In this document: one piece after another, positions 56,710 through 64,000 of the stretch
How positions within the stretch are numbered: the first letter of the stretch is position 1
Layout of the letters: every line of letters begins with the position of its first letter
Assembly (NCBI GenBank): GCA_024346625.1
Contig: AP024665.1
Span: 744,001 to 808,000, forward strand
DNA: 64,000 nt
Origin: Williopsis jadinii
Taxonomy: Eukaryota
Direction: 5' to 3'
Made by a program: the position numbers and the translations under genes
The notes under the pieces: model-generated
What the model was told of the DNA's origin: nothing
Seen by the model: only the letters and a program-made list of their open reading frames with translations
Databases searched by the model: none

Positions 56710-57821
56710 CTATGAGGTTGCAATGAAGTGTTGAAGTCTTTCGTTATCATCCGGTTCGTGTGAATCTGTAGCGAGCTGTGTTGAGCTTTTGTTGTCCTGT
56801 GATTTGTTGAAATGTTCTCCGTTGTATCTTGTTGCGCTTAGTTTCTGTCCCGCAAAGTATCTTCCATCCATCTTCTTCAGAGTTGTTAGTAAAGAGTTCC
56901 TTTTTAAGAGTTACTGAGAAAGAATATACGTACTTCAATGCACTTTGTTGTTGAGTCTGGTTCTGTGAATCTAACAAGCACAACACCTTCTTCTTCGAGG
57001 TCGAAGACAATGATCTTCTCAACCTTACCAAACTTGCCACATTCTTCCATGATGTCTTCTTCGATATCTTGGAGCACTTCAGGATCCTCCTTCAATTCAG
57101 CAAGTGTAAATGCCCTTTTCAACACCATGGTTCTTTGCCATTTCAAGTTAACGTTATTGTCATCGTCACCTTGCCAATTCTCAATCCTGTTATTCAGCTG
57201 TCTTAATCTCTTCTTTACGAGCTCACGCTCCTTATCGTCTAATACTCTTCGTTCCTTGGGGGTGGATAGATCATCGGTGTCATTTTCAGGTTTAAACTGC
57301 GCCTTTTCCACTTTTATTCTGTTGCTATTGTCCCCAACTCGTATAGGTGAATCATCGAGCATCTGAATAGCTAGGTCAACACTTTCAGGCTTGAGATACA
57401 CTATGAGGGCATCCCCTTTGAACTGACCATTGGAATCAACATACCTCTTTATCCTTGGCTTGTTTGTTAATAGGTCTTGAGATATAACACCGTACTTGGA
57501 GAACAACTGGTTCAGCTCGACAGAATCGCAGTCTAGTGGTAAGTTGGAGACGTAGACACCAGTGTTGATTCTTTGTTTCTTCTTCGCCAATTTTTCCTCT
57601 TTCATCTGTTGTAGTTTCCGCTTCTTCAACTCGATCAGGGATTCCTGGTGATTGCTCGAGTCTATATTATCCATCGATATCCATTTGTTCAATACCGTGT
57701 TGTATTCATAATGATCATTATCATCCTTAAACGACCACCTGTCTTGAATTTCATCATATGAAATTCTCTTATCCAATTCTTTTGGATCCACACTTCTTGG
57801 ATCAGTGTTTAAAGGAGACAT
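56710..57821 (-). CDS. CUS2: U2 snRNP-associated Cus2/Tat-SF1 (RRM + UHM); intron 56875-56933
   Basis: NTGVYVSNLP, KGDALIVY, EECGKFG. Intron GTACGT..TACTAAC..AAG restores CIE-KMDGRYFAGQKL; stop at 56710-56712. Confidence 0.9.
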
Positions 57822-58267
57822 TAACCTGACAATGTAGGCTATATCTCTCTATTCATGAATAGTAAACAATTGAAAGTGTTTTTGTCCCGAAAGTGTTTAC
57901 AAAAAAATTTGCCTGGGTGATAGGATGAAAACAAAACAAACGTAACAGTTTTGGACTTTAACTATGAGCCTTTTGATGCTACCACGTTAATTATACAATC
58001 GTATGAGGTTCATTTCATTGAATACCACTTTGTTTGGTAACAAGTAGTTGTTATCTCTGTGATATTGGGAGTAGGGGACTTCAAGTAGGATGTTAGTGTT
58101 CTCTACATTTCAATTTCAAAAAGAGGTGTACTCAGATGTGTGACCTATGATTGTCATTTCAATGAATACCTGGAGATGTTACAATATTTGTTCGTTCTGT
58201 TCCATCTAACATTGGTTCTATTTATTACATTCTCTTTTATGGTTGCGTTTCCATTCGCTGTTTCTTG

Positions 58268-58747
58268 TTAAACACTTCTATAGGTGTGATTACAATGTAG
58301 ACACACGTAAAACAGAATCATCGAAGTATCAGCTCTTCTCTGTTGCGATTGGAAGAATACAGCTTCATGTGCATGACACTTTGGACATTCCTTATCAGAT
58401 CTCGGGAGAGTTGGATCTGATCCAAGATCTTTCACTATACCGGCGGTTTCACTGGGAATATTGGTTAGCATATTGAGTCGAGCGGAAGTAAACAAAATCA
58501 GCAAAGTCAACTTACCCAATGTTGGATATCAACTCATGACGATACACACGAGGGTTGGCAGCTTGTTCTACGTACGAACAAATTCTACATTCGTACAGAA
58601 GCATATTGTGTTCTTTGTCTTCTTTTGGATATAACATATTGTTACTAGTATTCAGCGTTAGTAACTCCATCAGAACAACACACCCACAGACAACCACATA
58701 ATGAGCACCTTCACTCACCATTGACGACAGAATCTAAACGACGACAT
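58268..58747 (-). CDS. RPB9: RNA polymerase II subunit Rpb9; introns 58645-58718 and 58452-58515
   Basis: Spliced [19 protein letters not shown]...ISNIGETAG...DPTLPRS..ECPKC...FFQSQQRR; two zinc ribbons. Confidence 0.95.
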
Positions 58748-59014
58748 TTTCGAACGTGTATAAGCGCTTTGTTCTTTACCGCTCCGACCAACTTTTCTCA
58801 CTACTCGAAGTAGATTCTTCAAAGCGGTGTTGTGTTTGTTTTGGGTAAAGCGATCGAAAACCTGTGCACAACTCCAATCATACGCCGTATCTGGCGTTTA
58901 TGCGTGTAAATCTGGAATCGACCTTTTTTTTCAACGTATTTTTTTTCCTTGAATGGATGAAAGAACGTACACAAAAACCACTTTAACGGAAAGACAAATT
59001 AGAACATAACAAAG

Positions 59015-59554
59015 ATGCTCTCCCTTAGACAATCACTTGTTCGTGCTACACGTTCCACGCCAACCAGATTGGCTGCTAGACAAGTGGCCATCCGCTTGCA
59101 ATCCACTGCCGCCGCTGCTGCTGCTCCTACAACAGAATCCGCACCAGTGGACCCAAAGATTTCATCCATTGTTGAGAGCATCTCTAAATTGACACTTCTC
59201 GAAACTGCATCTCTCATCTCAGAGCTTAAGACACAATTGAACATTCCAGACATTGCCCTTCCAGCTGCTGGTGCTGCACCAGCTGCCGCTGCCCCAGCTG
59301 CTGAGGAAGAGGCCCCAGCTAAAGAGGCCCAAGAGGAAAAGACTATCTTCTCCATCAAGTTGGAATCCTTTGACGCCAAGTCCAAGCCAAAGATCATCAA
59401 GGAGGTCAAGGGTTTGTTGGACTTGTCCCTTGTTGAGTCCAAGAAGTTTGTTGAGGCTGCTCCAAAGGTGTTGAAGGAGAACGTTGCAAAGGAAGATGCT
59501 GAAAAGATAAAGGCAACCTTGGAAGCTCTTGGTGCCAAGGTGTCCTTGGAGTAA
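59015..59554 (+). CDS. MNP1: Mitochondrial ribosomal protein L7/L12 (bL12m)
   Basis: Presequence, LTLLE dimerisation helix, Ala-rich hinge, IKEVK...SKKFVE C-terminal domain. Confidence 0.93.
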   Translation: MLSLRQSLVRATRSTPTRLAARQVAIRLQSTAAAAAAPTTESAPVDPKISSIVESISKLTLLETASLISELKTQLNIPDIALPAAGAAPAAAAPAAEEEAPAKEAQEEKTIFSIKLESFDAKSKPKIIKEVKGLLDLSLVESKKFVEAAPKVLKENVAKEDAEKIKATLEALGAKVSLE

Positions 59555-59787
59555 ACATCTTTCACCTTCGATACAAATCTTCTTACCATAGTGTGTGTAT
59601 ATACTCCACCTTCTGTACATAATTGAAAGAAAATAAAACATGAAGAAGACTGACTTAGAGAATTAAGTAATTTAAGGGAAATCCCATCAAAAACTGAAAT
59701 TAAGAAGAAATAACACACAGTTATAATCAATCAAGAGTTGATATTATATTGTTCATACGTAATCTCTTTAGTTGCCAATAATTCATA

Positions 59788-60507
59788 TCAAAATCTCATA
59801 GAGTATCTCTTTCTCGCACTGGATAATGAAGTTGATGATGAATTTACAGTCTGAATCCTTGGTATGGTCTCGTCAAATTGAGATTGGTCATAGGACTGCA
59901 AGCCCCTGTTGTAAGGTTTGGAAGGTGTCTCTACGACGAACATCGATTGTGGTCTCTGCTTGGTATGAACTGGTGATACTGTAGACGAATACTTTGTGTC
60001 TTGGAAACTAGGCAAGTTTCTTGAGCTGAAAGATGGTGATTGCTTCAAAAAACTCTTATCCCTAGAAAGGTATAACGATGTCCTCCTTGATTTGAATGTA
60101 TTACTAGATTGAGACACAGTTCTCGTCATCCGTTCTGGCATCATTGGCGATTCATCACCAAGTTCACCGTCTGAAAACTCACTAGACTGTGATCCATTTT
60201 CGCTTACGGGTAGTTGACTATCCACCTCCATACGTGTGACATCGTCATCGTTAACGAGGAGCGATGCCAACGAGTCAACAAGTCCTTGCATCTTGGAATA
60301 CAATGTCAATGTCGATGCATCGATCAACGATGTTTTGCCATCTTTATAAGGTGCTTGGAACAGGTCAAATATTGAACTTAATAGCTCTTGAAATGCCTCT
60401 CTCTTGTCTTGTGATAATTGAGAGTTCCTTAACAGGTCTTCTAATTCTCTTTCCATACTCAATAGATCATGCGACCTCTTAAGCGACGATTCAACTCTGT
60501 CGCCCAT
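59788..60507 (-). CDS. Hypothetical protein (helical N-terminal half, Ser-rich disordered C-terminal half)
   Basis: 239-aa ATG-initiated ORF filling the MNP1-TPK2 gap. No family recognised. Confidence 0.7.
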   Translation of the reverse strand: MGDRVESSLKRSHDLLSMERELEDLLRNSQLSQDKREAFQELLSSIFDLFQAPYKDGKTSLIDASTLTLYSKMQGLVDSLASLLVNDDDVTRMEVDSQLPVSENGSQSSEFSDGELGDESPMMPERMTRTVSQSSNTFKSRRTSLYLSRDKSFLKQSPSFSSRNLPSFQDTKYSSTVSPVHTKQRPQSMFVVETPSKPYNRGLQSYDQSQFDETIPRIQTVNSSSTSLSSARKRYSMRF

Positions 60508-60768
60508 GTTGATAGCTTCGTCACGTAAACTAGTTCAAATATTGTAAATGAGACATAAAGAAATGTCTTGTTGTGTGTGGGATCAATCTTTGTGTTTTGG
60601 TTTTGTATCAAAATTTACAATTTGACTACCCGCGTCATTAACTCCGAAGCGGAGAAAAAACAAAAAAACAATCAAAAATAAGACATGCAGCATCAAACTT
60701 TAGAATGAGATAACAATAAAGGAATTATATGAAGTAATCAGATCAACGATAACAGGAGAAATCTCTTT

Positions 60769-61947
60769 TTAGAAATCGACAAAGTATTGCGAGTATGGAT
60801 CTTCACCGCCAACACCGTAGTCCAATTGTTCCTCTGGATAATGATCAAAGAGAGAAGTATCACCAGTCCCACCCGTGATTGGAGGTTCATATGGAGTTTC
60901 AATGTCTTTTGCCAATAATTTCTCCCAAACAACTTCTGCAAACCATGGATGGTTTCTAATATCTGCCGGACCGTTGGCCAAATGACCTAAACGTCTTGTC
61001 AAATCAGCTGTGATTAAACGTGATAAGAGGTCAACAGCATCTGGATGCATAAATGAAGGATATTGGACTTTACCAGCAAGGATCTTTTGATATGTCTTCA
61101 TTGGAGTTGTATCGTAGAATGGGGTGTAACCTGCAAGCATTTCAAAGATAAGGATACCCAATGACCACCAGTCAACGGATTTGTTATAAGGCTTCGTAGT
61201 GATAACCTCTGGTGCAATATAATCTGGAGTACCACAGAGTGTCCATGTAACAGTGGTGACTTCTTTGGCGAATCCAAAATCAGTGATCTTGATATGACCG
61301 TTACGGTCCAGCAAGATGTTTTCAGGCTTCAAATCTCTATAAATGATGTTGTGACTGTGAAGGTATTCAATGGCCAATGTCACTTCAGCAGCGTAAAACT
61401 TCGCCACAGGATTTGGGAATCTCTGAGATTTACGCAACAGAGAAAACAGTTCACCACCTTCAATGTAGTCCATAACCATAAAGAGATTTCTAGCATCTTG
61501 GAAAGTTCCCCACATTCTAATCAAGAATGGATGCTCAACGAGTTTTAGCATACGTCTTTCATCGTTTGTATGCTCAACCTGTTTCATCCTAATCACCTGG
61601 GCCTTCTTTAAAACCTTGATTGCATAATAACGTCCATTATGAACAGAGCGTACCAGGTGAACACGACCAAAGGAACCTGTTCCTAAAGTTCTCATGATTT
61701 GAAAGTCACTCAAGGTGTATTTTCCCTTCGAGACCGTAGATCTCTGTGGTAGCAACGACTGCTGAACATCACTCGAAGTGTAATGGTGTTGAGGTTGACC
61801 ATGCTGAGGCTGTTCTTGCGCTTGTGGCTGGTAATCCTGTTGTGGTTGTTGGTATTCCATTGTGGTTGAAGGTGTGCTGCTTTCTGGTTCCGATTCGGTG
61901 CTCTTGCCTTGCCCAATATGCAGCTTCTTCAACAATCCGCTGGGCAT
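60769..61947 (-). CDS. TPK2: cAMP-dependent protein kinase catalytic subunit
   Basis: Q-rich N-terminus; [31 protein letters not shown] and [10 protein letters not shown], closest to Tpk2. Confidence 0.95.
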   Translation of the reverse strand: MPSGLLKKLHIGQGKSTESEPESSTPSTTMEYQQPQQDYQPQAQEQPQHGQPQHHYTSSDVQQSLLPQRSTVSKGKYTLSDFQIMRTLGTGSFGRVHLVRSVHNGRYYAIKVLKKAQVIRMKQVEHTNDERRMLKLVEHPFLIRMWGTFQDARNLFMVMDYIEGGELFSLLRKSQRFPNPVAKFYAAEVTLAIEYLHSHNIIYRDLKPENILLDRNGHIKITDFGFAKEVTTVTWTLCGTPDYIAPEVITTKPYNKSVDWWSLGILIFEMLAGYTPFYDTTPMKTYQKILAGKVQYPSFMHPDAVDLLSRLITADLTRRLGHLANGPADIRNHPWFAEVVWEKLLAKDIETPYEPPITGGTGDTSLFDHYPEEQLDYGVGGEDPYSQYFVDF

Positions 61948-62574
61948 AAAGGTCGAAATCAGCCCACTTAGTTGATACCCTCGCTCTGTGGTTGTGTTCC
62001 CTGCTAAATTAAATCAAGACCAACACTAAAGCTCAATTGCAGGCCTTCTAGTGGTGATCTTAAGAGTCTGTAATAGTTTGTTTGAAGAAATAAAAGGCTA
62101 ATCAAGTTCCAATCAAACTCCAACTCGTACCCTGGTTTCCGTGGTTGCTGTGTATCGACTTCAGAACACTTCGGAGGAGGATGTGATGTGATGTGATGTA
62201 GATTTTTAATACACCTTCAATTCCAATAGTTTGTGTAGTTTCGCTCAATTGATAGAGATCTTAACACGATAGATAAACTTCCAATTGAATCTTCACAGAT
62301 GTACGCTTTAAACACTGCTTTTGCAGACTCCTGGGTGTTTAATTCTGCTTTATCCCTTTTCCAAGCTGTGTCGGATTGTGCTGTCTGCCTGTCCATTCCT
62401 CACCAGCGGTAAGGGGGAAAAAAGCGGTCCCTGGTCGCTAACCCCCTTTTCAAAATTTACCCGCTGGTTTGTCCGTGGTGTTGTGTTGTGAGATGTCTGG
62501 ATGTGTGTAGGTGCTCATAACGCATTGCCCAAAATAGGTATTTCCTGATTCGGATATTAATGTCTCTTTTTCTT

Positions 62575-62608
62575 GCGCGTAGGTACGCGTTGTCATCGTT
62601 GAACGCGT
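62575..62608. promoter_or_regulatory. MCB cluster upstream of NSE3
   Basis: GCGCGT at 62575-62580; ACGCGT at 62585-62590 and 62603-62608. Confidence 0.65.
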
Positions 62609-62689
62609 AGCTTTTGAGCTTCTTCACATTGTCCACCTTTGGCGGTTGTATTGTATCCCTGCGGGAAGTTTGAGAACGTTTGTGTGAAG

Positions 62690-63640
62690 ATGTCTGACGC
62701 TGAACTGATCACGAGCGATGTTGAAATGGAGCAGGAAGAAGACTTCAGGGGCCAAGGAGAAGAAGAAGTGTATTCTGAATTGGACAAATTGGCCTTCAAG
62801 TTGGTGCGAGCATGTCTTTCTCTGAATCTCAACAGCGTTGCCTTGTCCTCCGTCAATCTGAGAAAAGTGGCGTTTGCAGATCAGAAGACTTCCGTTAGTG
62901 TGAAGACCTTTGAATTAGCTCTGGAGAAAGCCAATGGGATCCTCCAAGACGTCTACGCGTATGCTGTAGTACCACTGGCTCCAAAGGTGATCACGAGTGC
63001 AAAGGGAACGAAGAGTGTGTCCAAGACCAAACAGTATGCGCTGGTTAATGTCATGAATGATAACCTGTTACGTTTCCACGAGGAGTGCCTCTGGATCAGG
63101 CACACTGAGAAGCTGTTCCCAAGTGAGCTGCTTGAAAAGAGACACGATTACAGAAATTCCAAAGAGAACTTCCCTTATCCGTTCACAGAGACCGATCTCA
63201 TGTTGAGAGGTATTGCAATGGCCGTTGTTATGATAATTGCAGTCTCAAATAACCATATGACAGAAGAAGAACTTCTCAATGTTCTTCAAACCAATTTTGG
63301 CTTCTCAACTACAGAACCTTTGGATGTACTGAATATCTCAACACTGGATCTGCTGAAACTCTTGGATAAGCTTGAATACGTCAACAGAACAGTAATACGT
63401 ACTGAAAATGATGAATTAGCCGAATACACAGTTGGAAGAAGAGGATTGAGGGAAGTGGATAGGGATGCGTTTAGAAGTATTACCCAGGTGCTTTATGACG
63501 AAGGAGAAGAGCGTGCAGAATTCACAAACCTCGTCGATGCAACTATTGAACCTGCTTACGGAAAAGTTGATCGAGCAGATGCTCCAGCTACACAGGGATC
63601 TCGGGAAGAAACGGTTGGTACTGATGAAATCAATAACTAA
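62690..63640 (+). CDS. NSE3: MAGE-domain Smc5/6 subunit Nse3
   Basis: KLVRACL, ANGILQDVYAY, YALVN, hydrophobic GIAMAVVMII, LEYV and EYTVGRRG follow the MAGE pattern. ATG at 62690. Confidence 0.8.
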   Translation: MSDAELITSDVEMEQEEDFRGQGEEEVYSELDKLAFKLVRACLSLNLNSVALSSVNLRKVAFADQKTSVSVKTFELALEKANGILQDVYAYAVVPLAPKVITSAKGTKSVSKTKQYALVNVMNDNLLRFHEECLWIRHTEKLFPSELLEKRHDYRNSKENFPYPFTETDLMLRGIAMAVVMIIAVSNNHMTEEELLNVLQTNFGFSTTEPLDVLNISTLDLLKLLDKLEYVNRTVIRTENDELAEYTVGRRGLREVDRDAFRSITQVLYDEGEERAEFTNLVDATIEPAYGKVDRADAPATQGSREETVGTDEINN

Positions 63641-63703
63641 CTTACATCACTCTACTCAATTATAATAGAAACATACACACCAGTATGAGTTTGTTTTATT
63701 ACT

Positions 63704-64000
63704 TCATCTCTTCTTACTTGGTCTTGCATTCTTCGCACGACGTTTCTCCTTGAGATCTCTAGCCTTTCTAATGTCATCCGTGCTCTTAATCTCAGAGTGC
63801 TGGCCAGCTCTGTTGTAACCTCTAATTCTCTTACCACCTTCAAGTGCCCTGTCGACTTTCTTCTTCTGCTTGTGATAGTCATCTCTGTACTTATCTGGTG
63901 CTCTTGGTGCCTCGTCCTTCTTATGCTTGAATTTTCTATGGTCACCATTGTCATAGGATTTATTCTTATAATCAGCAGATTCTCTAACACCAGTCTTATA
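63704..64000 (-). CDS. DBP10: DEAD-box helicase Dbp10, C-terminal end; the gene continues beyond the window
   Basis: A frame not in the ORF track reads ...KFKHKKDEAPRAPDKYRDDYHKQKKKV...SEIKSTDDIRKAR..KEKRRAKNARPSKKR*, matching the Dbp10 tail. Confidence 0.85.
   Translation of the reverse strand, partial: YKTGVRESADYKNKSYDNGDHRKFKHKKDEAPRAPDKYRDDYHKQKKKVDRALEGGKRIRGYNRAGQHSEIKSTDDIRKARDLKEKRRAKNARPSKKR

Noticed and set aside
39715..62200. Short microsatellites: TAT-rich near 39715, (TATAA)n near 43780, (GATGT)4 near 62180
   Set aside because: Ordinary low-complexity terminator or UTR sequence.
63652..63990. 112-aa minus-strand ORF from the track
   Set aside because: Wrong frame; the real frame is the DBP10 C-terminus ending at 63704.

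Overview
Gene-dense nuclear DNA from a budding yeast (Saccharomycotina). CTG falls on conserved Leu positions in END3 and FUR1, so the code is standard. I read 36 protein-coding genes. Three are absent from the ORF track: AXL2 and DBP10, which run off the window edges, and the three-exon YSF3. In order: AXL2, END3, ALD6-like, POR1, NUP159, HIS5, an HPP-family gene, OCA2, a uric acid/xanthine permease, PRM5-family, RHO3, YHR127W-like RRM, DUF1774, YSF3, THO2, a divergent INN1-like C2 gene, INN1, RPC31, PGA2, ALF1, LSM7, FUR1, ARP1, MSP1, SGD1, LPD1, CHS2, SCO1, OLA1, CUS2, RPB9, MNP1, an orphan, TPK2, NSE3, DBP10. Gene names rest on my recall of yeast protein sequences and gene order, not on searches. 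I reconstructed 16 spliceosomal introns in 11 genes by hand. I found no tRNA, rRNA, CRISPR array or intact transposon, and no clearly new multi-gene system. Best leads: a tandem diverged INN1 paralog; a POR1 start codon created only by splicing; frequent AAG 3' splice sites (5 of 16); a recurring intergenic TAGGCRG motif with a tandem array; a cUACGg-capped structure upstream of FUR1; and a nitrogen-transporter plus relic-ORF insertion in a conserved gene block.
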